Source: a virus (taxonomy: Duplodnaviria > Caudoviricetes). Taken from it: DNA of 64,000 nucleotides. Both the position numbers and the translations under genes were made by a program. Below, piece by piece: positions 1 through 8,446 of this stretch; within the stretch, counting starts at the first letter, position 1, and each line of letters starts with the position of its first letter. The stretch is taken from IMG/VR virus record IMGVR_UViG_3300028603_000017, positions 32,001 to 96,000 of that record; one strand, given 5' to 3'. Under the pieces are notes generated by a model. That model was not told the origin of the DNA, made no database searches, and worked only from the letters and a program-made list of their open reading frames with translations.

Positions 1-321
1 GTACCTGAAGAATATTCTGGTCCTAAGAGTACTAAGAATACAAAGATAATCTTAACTCCTACACCGACTTCACCTGCATATGGTACAATTATTTTGTACT
101 ATAATCGAATTGATTTGGCTAACCTAACAGGTTTTTCAGTAGAAAAAGGCTCTGCTACTACTGTGTTAGGTTTACTAGATAAGATCAATGAAGAGTTAGG
201 TGTAGAGCTAACACCTATGGATGTGGAAGAAGCAGCCTTAGGTGCAGGTAGCTCTTTTACCCTAACTGTAACTGACCAATGTATGATCTTTTATGGATCT
301 ACGACTATTGGTTTAACTTAA
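1..321 (+). CDS. Partial (5'-truncated) jumbo-phage virion structural protein
   Basis: Frame 1 is open from base 1 (VPEEYSGPKSTKNTKIILTP...YGTIILYYNRIDL...INEELG). The NT..G...Y.R.DL pattern recalls a repeated domain of phiKZ-like virion proteins. Confidence 0.6.
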   Translation, partial: VPEEYSGPKSTKNTKIILTPTPTSPAYGTIILYYNRIDLANLTGFSVEKGSATTVLGLLDKINEELGVELTPMDVEEAALGAGSSFTLTVTDQCMIFYGSTTIGLT

Positions 322-323
322 AC

Positions 324-369
324 CATTATACACTCCAGAGTCCTACTATAGGACTCTGGAGCTATGTCG
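324..369. terminator. CATA/TATG-family hairpin (copy 1)
   Basis: 13-bp stem ctccagagtccta/taggactctggag, then ctatgtcg and a T-run. 328-369 is identical to 63939-63980. Confidence 0.8.
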
Positions 370-421
370 TCATTTTTTTATTAATCATTCAAATACTTTA
401 GACGACTAAAAGAATATACCA

Positions 422-1360
422 ATGGATTTTAAAGAAGAAACCACACATTTACATCATATAACCAGAAGCAGTAAAACCATATTGTTTTATAAAAAGCTCA
501 ATATCTTTAGCTTCCTATCAGCATATGTGTTTTACGAATGGTTTAAAAAGCACGGTATGTTAGAACAATTGGAATTGATACCTGTTGTTCATCCTAAAGA
601 TATTTATATCCATAGTTCAGTATTTAAAAATAATCACGTTATTTTTATTGATATCGACATCACTAAGAAAACAATCAAACACTTTATTGTTCACTCTAAG
701 ACAATGGAGTTCTTTGATAACAAAAGATCGACTGAAATTATCAAAGAATATTTAGTTAACTCTATCTTACCAAAAGAGTTATTAGCCAAAGCTAATTTTT
801 ATAATCATAGCAAAACCAGTGTTTTGTATGTAGTCTATAGGGCTATTACAAAAGATGATTACCCTAAAGTCTTTACAGATTTAGAGGAATTCTCTTACGA
901 TAAGTTTACCAATAAGGTAACAGATTACAATTTAAGACTACCAGCTATCATTGGTAATAATTTTGATATTGTTGATAACTTCGTAAGAAATGATGCTCAT
1001 CTGGCTTATAAAGCAACACTCAATAGTCGAATTGTGGTAGGTTATCTAACAGATCAAGCATTAACGACTGTTTATAATAATTCATACGCTTGTGATTATA
1101 ATAATTATAAAGCAGCTGTTATCAATAACACTATATCAAACTCGATGTTCATAATAGCGGTTATGCTATCTGTCGAACATATAGATTTTGCTATTTGCTA
1201 CGAAAAGATAGGTAATATATTTAACTACAAGATCGTCACCAGAAATAAGAATATTGATTTAATTAAACTATTTAAAAAATATGAACCTATAGGTTATACA
1301 GATTGTGTTTGGTTCAGTACCAATAATCAGATTTTATCTAAATACAAAATATCAGTTTAA
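422..1360 (+). CDS. Degenerate DHH-family phosphoesterase-like protein
   Basis: Length and spacing of the ILFY, SAYVF, VIFID, EFFDNK and AAVIN blocks resemble phage DHH/DHHA1 proteins, but the DxDG and DHH residues are absent. Confidence 0.4.
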   Translation: MDFKEETTHLHHITRSSKTILFYKKLNIFSFLSAYVFYEWFKKHGMLEQLELIPVVHPKDIYIHSSVFKNNHVIFIDIDITKKTIKHFIVHSKTMEFFDNKRSTEIIKEYLVNSILPKELLAKANFYNHSKTSVLYVVYRAITKDDYPKVFTDLEEFSYDKFTNKVTDYNLRLPAIIGNNFDIVDNFVRNDAHLAYKATLNSRIVVGYLTDQALTTVYNNSYACDYNNYKAAVINNTISNSMFIIAVMLSVEHIDFAICYEKIGNIFNYKIVTRNKNIDLIKLFKKYEPIGYTDCVWFSTNNQILSKYKISV

Positions 1361-1361
1361 T

Positions 1362-1496
1362 ATGAGAAAAAGAAAGAAACAATTAATGAGACGAATTAGA
1401 TTTCAATATCTAGAAGCTAAAGAATACGAACAACAAATGCTTCGAGCACTTGAACAAGGTTTTATTTCAGGAAGAGCTAAACAATGTCAGAATTAA
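1362..1496 (+). CDS. Small basic hypothetical protein (44 aa)
   Basis: ATG directly after the upstream stop; overlaps the next start; MRKRKKQLMRRIRF... Confidence 0.45.
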   Translation: MRKRKKQLMRRIRFQYLEAKEYEQQMLRALEQGFISGRAKQCQN

Positions 1497-2062
1497 GTGA
1501 AAAAGACGAAACGAATCTCGTCAAAGAAACTATTGATGAAGTTATTGATACTGTGTTGTCTCCTCAGATAGATATACCTCATTCACAGAACCAAAAGCAA
1601 AAAAATAAACAATACTACATTATTCCTGTACTGGTAGATGTTGTTCCTATCACTAGCGAAACTCATGATAAACTACCTCAGGTTTTTGTAAAGCCATATT
1701 CTCTTGTATTTAAATCCCTTATTCGTAACGGTAATGTTGATAGAGAGACTTTCTTTAAACACGCTAAGAAAGCTACTGTGATGGATATGGCTGAAGCAGC
1801 CATTAATGCTTCATACTACGAAATGATAAAAGCCAATGGCGTTACGCTTAATTGGGAAGAAGCCAATGCTGCTTTGCTTGTAGGTCAACATATTACCAGA
1901 TGCTATTGGCAGCAAAACCATATTTCTATGACTGTATTTCAAAATGGTGATTTAGACCACCATGCTCCTTTGAGGATCTATTCAAACGGTAAAGCTTTTA
2001 TTAACACTGGCTGGAATCCTACTGAGGATGACAAATCTGCAACAGACTGGATTATTGTATAA
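1484..2062 (+). CDS. Protein with C-terminal DUF2829/Tad2-like domain
   Basis: LNWEEANAALLVGQHITRCYW ... GWNPTEDDKSATDWIIV matches the family pattern (F.EAL..L..G..V.R..W ... W.P...D..A.DW). Confidence 0.65.
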   Translation: MSELSEKDETNLVKETIDEVIDTVLSPQIDIPHSQNQKQKNKQYYIIPVLVDVVPITSETHDKLPQVFVKPYSLVFKSLIRNGNVDRETFFKHAKKATVMDMAEAAINASYYEMIKANGVTLNWEEANAALLVGQHITRCYWQQNHISMTVFQNGDLDHHAPLRIYSNGKAFINTGWNPTEDDKSATDWIIV

Positions 2063-3585
2063 TGACTATTGAAAATAAAGCAGCTAATATTGAAGTGGGT
2101 ATTACAGATCACTATGACCCTGAAGTACAAGCTATGCTCATGGCTATGTATTCTAGATCGTATGGTCCTATTGCTAATCGTTTACCTAGCAACGAAGAAT
2201 CTGTTCAAGAACATAAAGAAAAACTAGGACGATTCTATACCGGATACGGTCATCGCTCAATTGGCCAACTAGGCTCTACCGCTATTTGGTTAGAAGGCGT
2301 GTCTCAATTAGCAGCTAAAGCTATTGAATATCATCCTCTATTTAATGGTCAAGAATCATCTACTAGATACATTGATTATTCTAATCAACCTATGTATGTA
2401 CCTAGTTTTGATTCAGGTAATGCTCAAGGTAAAGAATTGTCTCACCAAGTACAGCAATGGCAGGAAAAGTGGAGAGCTTTTTATGTCAAAGCTTTACCTT
2501 TGACTATTGAGATGATTAAAGAGCAGTTTCCTTATGATGTTCAGTATCCTGGTGATGCTACAGAAGAACAGCATAAGAAGCAAAGAACTACTTGGGAAAA
2601 TACAATCAAAGCCAGAGCTTTTGATATTTGTGGTGGTTTCTTGCCAGCAGGCTCTACAACCAATGTAGGTTTCTTTGGTACCTTTGATACACTCAATGAT
2701 CACTTTGGTGAAATGCTCCACCATCCCTGTGAAGAGATGAGAAATATTGCTGTGGAAGTTCTCACGAAGATGAAAGAAAAATATCCGTATGGTACTATGG
2801 ATATTGAAAAGCTTAGAGAACAATACAGCTACGTTACACCATTTCACTTTTATCCCAATGGTTGGGACACTAAGAATGAACACGTACCACTAGAAGTAGA
2901 GGTAAGTAATCTAAAGAGTGTTCATGAAGGTTTTGAAGAGCTTGCAGCTAACCGTAAGAAAGGTCAGAAGTTCGATAGAGTAACATCTTCTAGATTTAAT
3001 CTGATCTTCAAAGGCCATTTAGACTTTAGATCCTATCGTGATCTGCATCGCCATCGTAATGGCGTTATTGACATGTGGTGGCTAGCTCCTTATAAAGAAA
3101 ACATCCATTCTTTTTATAGAGACAACATTCCTCAGAGTTTACTGCCTGAATTAGAAGCACTAGAAAAAGAATTCAGTGATTTCTTTGATGGTTTTATAGG
3201 AAGTGATGTTACTACTATCTCAGAACTACAATATGCTGTACCTATGGGTTATGAAATTCCTGTGACGTACAAATGTGATCTCAACCAAGCTATGTATATT
3301 CTGGAGCTGCGCTCTGGTAAGACAGTACATAATACACTAAGACATTTGATTCAATATTGGGCAGAGATCTTTAATAAGACGTTTAGCAACACTTTTAAGA
3401 TCCATGTGGATTTTGATAAGGATAACTTCACTCTGCGCAGGGGTACACAAACCTTTAGTGAAGAAGCTATGAAAGAGCTGACAGACCAACCTGTTGGTGA
3501 AACTAAACCTACCAATATTGAACATGCTCCTACAGTAGAAAAGCTCCTGTATCAAACAGACTTTAATCAAAACACTATTCATTAA
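2062..3585 (+). CDS. thyX: Flavin-dependent thymidylate synthase, tandem two-domain type
   Basis: AMYSRS, GYGHRSI, QESSTRY, FDICGGFLP, RDLHRHR and LELRS motifs; 507 aa fits two Thy1 domains. Confidence 0.85.
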   Translation: MTIENKAANIEVGITDHYDPEVQAMLMAMYSRSYGPIANRLPSNEESVQEHKEKLGRFYTGYGHRSIGQLGSTAIWLEGVSQLAAKAIEYHPLFNGQESSTRYIDYSNQPMYVPSFDSGNAQGKELSHQVQQWQEKWRAFYVKALPLTIEMIKEQFPYDVQYPGDATEEQHKKQRTTWENTIKARAFDICGGFLPAGSTTNVGFFGTFDTLNDHFGEMLHHPCEEMRNIAVEVLTKMKEKYPYGTMDIEKLREQYSYVTPFHFYPNGWDTKNEHVPLEVEVSNLKSVHEGFEELAANRKKGQKFDRVTSSRFNLIFKGHLDFRSYRDLHRHRNGVIDMWWLAPYKENIHSFYRDNIPQSLLPELEALEKEFSDFFDGFIGSDVTTISELQYAVPMGYEIPVTYKCDLNQAMYILELRSGKTVHNTLRHLIQYWAEIFNKTFSNTFKIHVDFDKDNFTLRRGTQTFSEEAMKELTDQPVGETKPTNIEHAPTVEKLLYQTDFNQNTIH

Positions 3586-3587
3586 TT

Positions 3588-3980
3588 ATGGGAATCAATT
3601 CAGCTATTATTGCAGTAGATTTTGATGGTACTGTGGTCGATCACCGTTTTGAGAGTAAAACAGACTTAGTACCACATGCTCCTCACGCAGTAAGAACACT
3701 CAAAGACCTTACCAATAGTGGAGCTAGACTGATACTTTGGACTATGCGTTCTGGCTCTAAGCTAGATGAAGCAGTTCAGTGGTATGAGGACAACAATATC
3801 CCTTTATGGGGAGTCCAAAAGAACCCTGAACAAGAAACATGGTCACAATCTCCTAAAGCATATGCACAAATCTATATTGATGATGCTGCATTAGGAGCAC
3901 CACTGATTAAACCTGAAGGCTTTGCCAGACCATGTATTGACTGGCTGGCTGTCAGGAAATACTTCCAAATGAAAGACTAA
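3588..3980 (+). CDS. Small capless HAD-superfamily hydrolase
   Basis: IAVDFDGT, LILWTMR and K.YA.IYIDD motifs. Confidence 0.85.
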   Translation: MGINSAIIAVDFDGTVVDHRFESKTDLVPHAPHAVRTLKDLTNSGARLILWTMRSGSKLDEAVQWYEDNNIPLWGVQKNPEQETWSQSPKAYAQIYIDDAALGAPLIKPEGFARPCIDWLAVRKYFQMKD

Positions 3981-3985
3981 ATAAA

Positions 3986-4026
3986 CATAGATACAGGACT
4001 GGTTTCATTACCAGTCCTGTATTATG
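3986..4026. terminator. CATA/TATG-family hairpin (copy 2)
   Basis: cata-g-atacaggactggt/accagtcctgtat-tatg, just after the HAD stop. Confidence 0.75.
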
Positions 4027-4086
4027 CAGTTATATATTTTTTTACTATGGTCTCCAATATTTTGAATTATTTATATTTTGTTTTGA

Positions 4087-4416
4087 ATGACAGAAGAATT
4101 AATACCTAATCAGCTACAAGCTAATGTTCTCATTAATGATTTAAAGAATGTCGTAAAGACTCGCTTACTGGGTATTAATGAATGCATTAGACAACTTAGA
4201 AAGAATGAAAGAGCTATTACAGATTACAAAGATAAACTTAATCTGTATAAACTGGCTAGAGCTCAAACCAATACTGTTTTAAATAAGTTAGTTAATCTCC
4301 TGAATAAAGGAGAATTTACTCTAACAGAATTTAAACAATTAAAACAAGAATTTATAGAAATGACTATTCCAGATATAGAAAAACAAAGGACTGATGATGA
4401 GTTTGAGCACAGTTAA
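4087..4416 (+). CDS. Hypothetical coiled-coil protein
   Basis: 109-aa ORF in an operon-like run. Confidence 0.6.
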   Translation: MTEELIPNQLQANVLINDLKNVVKTRLLGINECIRQLRKNERAITDYKDKLNLYKLARAQTNTVLNKLVNLLNKGEFTLTEFKQLKQEFIEMTIPDIEKQRTDDEFEHS

Positions 4417-4969
4417 ACGCAGAAGTGTATTTCTATCTATCTTTTTAGAATTGAAAAATGATGAAAGACTAGATAAAGATATCTATACTCATCTAGAGAT
4501 TAATGATAATGGTAATCCTACCATTACAGTAGAAGATTCTAAAAATAAGAATACATGCTATATTCAGTATAGTCCTGGTACTGATAGCTTTAAAATAGAG
4601 CATTGGGCAGGACTGCCTAATACTGCCTTTAATTTAGGATTAGCTCCTGAACTAGTATTAACTACCTATATTCAAAATGAATCTGGGTATATCAACCGCA
4701 TTAAATCCACTATTGTTAAAGCACTTGACTATGAATCAGCTTATAAGCAATGGATTTTAAATGGTAATAATCCTAAGATAGTGGCTAATACCTATAGTGT
4801 AGATGGTATTAAGGATTTACCTGAAAACCAAGTATTGGTCAAAGAAATACAACTAGAGCAATCAAAACCTGGCGTAAAGTCTTATACAGTCGTTAATAAA
4901 CGCAACCAGACTTTTACATTTTCATATGCTGATTTCCACAGCAAGTTTCAACTCAATTTATCGCAATAA
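4394..4969 (+). CDS. Hypothetical protein
   Basis: 191-aa ORF overlapping the upstream gene end. Confidence 0.65.
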   Translation: MMSLSTVKRRSVFLSIFLELKNDERLDKDIYTHLEINDNGNPTITVEDSKNKNTCYIQYSPGTDSFKIEHWAGLPNTAFNLGLAPELVLTTYIQNESGYINRIKSTIVKALDYESAYKQWILNGNNPKIVANTYSVDGIKDLPENQVLVKEIQLEQSKPGVKSYTVVNKRNQTFTFSYADFHSKFQLNLSQ

Positions 4970-4982
4970 AGGAAAGACAATC

Positions 4983-5465
4983 ATGGCAACCAAGAAATCT
5001 CCTACTAAAGCAGTAAAGACTACTGCTAAAAAACCTGCTACTAAAAAAACTACAGTTAAACCTGAAGTCAAAACTAAAGAACAAACCAAACCTGTTGCAA
5101 AGACAGCTGTAAAACCTGTAGCTAAAAAGACAGTTAAGCCAGCAGCTAAGAAAGATGTTGTAAAACCAACTGTTGTCAAAGAAGCCAAACCTGGCAAAGC
5201 TATGACTCCTGGTAATATAAAGGTAGCTGTTAAAAAGCCTGAGCCTAAAAAGGTAGAAGCAAAGCCTGTAATCGCCTCTACTCCTGCTGTCGTAGCTCAG
5301 CCTACCCAGACTATTGGTAAAGTATCTTTATCGTCTATAACCAAGTCTGTACCGGCTCCTACTCATGTAGCTAAGCCTGGTGCTGGTAAGATCTCTTTTG
5401 CTGATCTGATGTCTAAGATGACCAGCAATATGAGCTCAGCTGTTGTTAGTGGTCAAGCTAGATGA
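4983..5465 (+). CDS. Histone H1-like Lys/Ala/Pro-rich protein
   Basis: RBS aaggaa before ATG 4983; MATKKSPTKAVKTTAKKPATKKT...KPVAKK repeats. Confidence 0.7.
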   Translation: MATKKSPTKAVKTTAKKPATKKTTVKPEVKTKEQTKPVAKTAVKPVAKKTVKPAAKKDVVKPTVVKEAKPGKAMTPGNIKVAVKKPEPKKVEAKPVIASTPAVVAQPTQTIGKVSLSSITKSVPAPTHVAKPGAGKISFADLMSKMTSNMSSAVVSGQAR

Positions 5466-5695
5466 ATAATAGTTTTAATGATTTAGATGATGGTTTTTAT
5501 ATAGTCAACGGTATATTCGATCAAATGTGCTTAGTTAAACTATATAGAAATCCAGACACAAATCAAAGAGGTATTGGATTTGGCATCTGGGATGGATCTG
5601 GATTTATACCTCTAACAGATCTATCGCCAGAGACCAAATTAGATAGAGTAGATATTTCTATTATGGGAACTTCAATATCGCACTCTGTTCTTTAA
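5462..5695 (+). CDS. Small hypothetical protein
   Basis: ATGA overlap with the upstream stop; 77 aa. Confidence 0.65.
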   Translation: MNNSFNDLDDGFYIVNGIFDQMCLVKLYRNPDTNQRGIGFGIWDGSGFIPLTDLSPETKLDRVDISIMGTSISHSVL

Positions 5696-5698
5696 CAG

Positions 5699-5739
5699 CA
5701 TATACTCCAGGTAGGACTAACCTACCTGGAGCTATGTTG
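5699..5739. terminator. CATA/TATG-family hairpin (copy 3), between convergent genes
   Basis: cata-ta-ctccaggtagg/cctacctggag-c-tatgttg. Confidence 0.8.
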
Positions 5740-6444
5740 TCAAGATAATGGAAATGGTTTATTAGGCACAATAAAATTAGATATATATCTAGCTATTCCT
5801 CTGGTAATTCTAAATTGCTGCATATAGCCAGAATACGGATAATAATTACCGCTATCATACATAGTTCTACCTATCTGTAAGGGCATAGCGGGGTTTGCTG
5901 AATAGTTAGTTGGCATGCCAGCCACCATAACGCCGTTTACAAATAGCCTTAAATAATCATTATGATTAGTAGCAGCAATATGTTGCCATTGGTCTGCCAC
6001 TATCACACTATCGCTATTTAAACCAGAAATGCCAATAAATGAAAAACCAATTCTACCGTTAAGGCCAGCATTTATTGCGAATAACCAACCATTAACTCCA
6101 CCATTACGATTAGTAGCTATAGTCATTCTGTCTACTATATTGCTAGGTTTTATAAAACATTCTACTGTAAAGTCAGTATATGCTAATCCATAATCGCTTT
6201 CATAAACACTAACTAATGAGTTAGCGTAATGATTAAACAATATTGAATTAGAACCAAATTTAGGATCTACACTACTTGAAGTAGTATTATTGAAACTAAA
6301 TATTTTACCTTTAGCGTCATTAAAATTATTATTTGTTGGAATAAAATCTGTTCCTGGAATTAAACAAATCACTTGATCCCAATAGGGATCATGATCAAGA
6401 CTCAGTGCCTCCCTCCCTCGTCTCAATAATTTAGATATTCCCAT
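5740..6444 (-). CDS. LamG-like (concanavalin A-type) jelly-roll protein
   Basis: DPYWDQV, DFTVECFIKP, QWQHIAAT, LFVNG, LQIG and GYMQQFRITRGIARY..NF..P..PFP motifs. Confidence 0.85.
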   Translation of the reverse strand: MGISKLLRRGREALSLDHDPYWDQVICLIPGTDFIPTNNNFNDAKGKIFSFNNTTSSSVDPKFGSNSILFNHYANSLVSVYESDYGLAYTDFTVECFIKPSNIVDRMTIATNRNGGVNGWLFAINAGLNGRIGFSFIGISGLNSDSVIVADQWQHIAATNHNDYLRLFVNGVMVAGMPTNYSANPAMPLQIGRTMYDSGNYYPYSGYMQQFRITRGIARYISNFIVPNKPFPLS

Positions 6445-6486
6445 ATTGTTGTCCGTATAGTAAATAAAGCTATAGAATTTGATTAA

Positions 6487-6537
6487 GACATATTACCTAA
6501 TAGACAGGGATTACACCTGTCTATTAGGTAAATGTCG
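6487..6537. terminator. CATA/TATG-family hairpin (copy 4)
   Basis: gacat-a-ttacctaatagacagg/cctgtctattaggtaa-atgtcg, downstream of the polymerase gene. Confidence 0.8.
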
Positions 6538-8385
6538 TTATTGATCAGATACTACAGTATTTTCTTTATTAAACTCATTTAACATATCTACCATAGATGG
6601 GAAGTTAAACATAGCTTGACAATATTCCACTCCATTAACATGTCCAGCAGTAGCTAGGTTAATACCTTGCATACGTTGCGTATATTCGTCTACACCTTCT
6701 ACTCTACCTACTTCTAGTATGGTAGTTTCTTTAGACATGTTCAGAGTTGCACCACCGTTGGGGTAACTTGCTGATACATCCAAATCACCAGTGTGGACAT
6801 GGCAGTTACTACGAAGATTTGGAAATTCTTCAATACATTTAAGACCAGAATCTTGTATAAGGTGGGCAGGCAGTGTTATAATCCAACCCTTAAGATCTAA
6901 ACTCACCTTTGAGGCATTAGCCTCAGTCATTTCAAGTTCTTCTTCATCCTCATCGTCCTCATCTCCATTATCTTGTACATCGTCACTGTCTTTACCATCC
7001 CCTTTAGGAGGGGTAACGCCAATGACTTTACCTTTTTCTAAACAGAAGTAATGTAACTTATCTACCAAACGTCTAGGCTGACTGTTAAAATGCTGGAAAT
7101 CACTAAAGTCTGAGAACATAGGCATCGTCAATGCCATATCACCATTCTTTTCATCTAGCATTTCAACAGATATGCAGTCCCATACGTTATAGACCATATA
7201 TTCAATCTTGAATCTAGACTGCATCAATTGATGCCATTTTAGACCTGTTAGATGATCGGCTTCTTTAAAATGTAATTTACCACCTAGATTATTTCTTTTT
7301 AAAATAGCGTCTAAGCTATAAGACTGCTCTTCTTGTTTACCTGTTCTTACTTGCTTATAGACACACATGGCGTCTACAAAGTAAAAACTACTGGTACTAA
7401 ATACCGTATGCCATTGAGCTGCTGGCTTAATAGGTGTGATCTTACCTGAAGCCGTTACCTTTTGCTGAGCACCTTTTTTGTATCTGAAGTATCTATAGGA
7501 CTTAGGCACTATAGGGTCAGAGAAGATGTCTTTAGGATGGATATTGTAATTATCTAGCGTCTTTAGGATTTTAGACATATCGAAGTCAATATTCCAAAAT
7601 GCAAAGAAATCAGGCTTTAACTCATTAGCTTTAGCGGCTATGATTTTAACAATATCTAAAGGCGTATCTACTATTTTTAATTCATATTGAATATTTCTTT
7701 CTTTCAATATGTCTACATTAGTAGGAATTAACTCTTTTTTATTATCTGGATTAGGTCTGAGTAGCTCTGCATTAGAGAGATACTTTTTCATAGCTTTATC
7801 AAACTTTTCCTCTACCATTACCTCACCTTGAAGGTAGGATTTAAGGACAGCTATGGTCACTGATGATTTAAACGTAATGCTCATCATGATAATTTCTTCA
7901 CTACCATTGATGACATCGGTTTCAATATCTCCTACAGCGACAGTATATTTGGTTTTTAGATTAGGGTGTCTATCTGAGAGAGTCTTTTTTAGTAAAGCTG
8001 TAGACAGTATCTCAGAGCCATAAATATACGGAGATTCATACAGTTGCTTTAATTGACCTCTAAATCCAGGATTACCAATTGCTCTAGCAATAGATCTGGA
8101 TAGGTTAGATTGGGTAGTTTCATACTTGATGAGTTTATTGATATCTTCCCATTCTTTATGTTGCTTATATTGTCTAGCTCCTTTTTGAGCTATCCAAAAA
8201 GGTCTTTTGTAGTTATAGACTAATTTAACTTCTGGTGTAATTGTACCATCAGCATTATGGGTCTGTAATTTAACCAGATGCATATCAGGCTCATTATGCT
8301 CTGGTGGATCTACATGTACTGCAAACCTACACTCGAAACCTGTAGGCGGTTTGTTAGTTTCTTCACTCAAAGGTAGGATCTCCAA
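6538..8385 (-). CDS. Split family-B DNA polymerase subunit: 3'-5' exonuclease plus motif A (phiKZ gp82-like)
   Basis: ExoI GDIETD, ExoII FWNIDFD, ExoIII YNVWD and Pol motif A DLDVSASYP; motifs B and C are absent. Confidence 0.85.
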   Translation of the reverse strand: MEILPLSEETNKPPTGFECRFAVHVDPPEHNEPDMHLVKLQTHNADGTITPEVKLVYNYKRPFWIAQKGARQYKQHKEWEDINKLIKYETTQSNLSRSIARAIGNPGFRGQLKQLYESPYIYGSEILSTALLKKTLSDRHPNLKTKYTVAVGDIETDVINGSEEIIMMSITFKSSVTIAVLKSYLQGEVMVEEKFDKAMKKYLSNAELLRPNPDNKKELIPTNVDILKERNIQYELKIVDTPLDIVKIIAAKANELKPDFFAFWNIDFDMSKILKTLDNYNIHPKDIFSDPIVPKSYRYFRYKKGAQQKVTASGKITPIKPAAQWHTVFSTSSFYFVDAMCVYKQVRTGKQEEQSYSLDAILKRNNLGGKLHFKEADHLTGLKWHQLMQSRFKIEYMVYNVWDCISVEMLDEKNGDMALTMPMFSDFSDFQHFNSQPRRLVDKLHYFCLEKGKVIGVTPPKGDGKDSDDVQDNGDEDDEDEEELEMTEANASKVSLDLKGWIITLPAHLIQDSGLKCIEEFPNLRSNCHVHTGDLDVSASYPNGGATLNMSKETTILEVGRVEGVDEYTQRMQGINLATAGHVNGVEYCQAMFNFPSMVDMLNEFNKENTVVSDQ

Positions 8386-8446
8386 TCATTTGAATCGAAT
8401 ACAGACATACCAATATGTCTGATTAATACTTTTTGCAATAAAGACC

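Noticed and set aside
328-369. Identical 42-mers near both window ends as terminal repeat or circularity
   Set aside because: The flanking genes and sequences differ on both sides, so it is a dispersed element.
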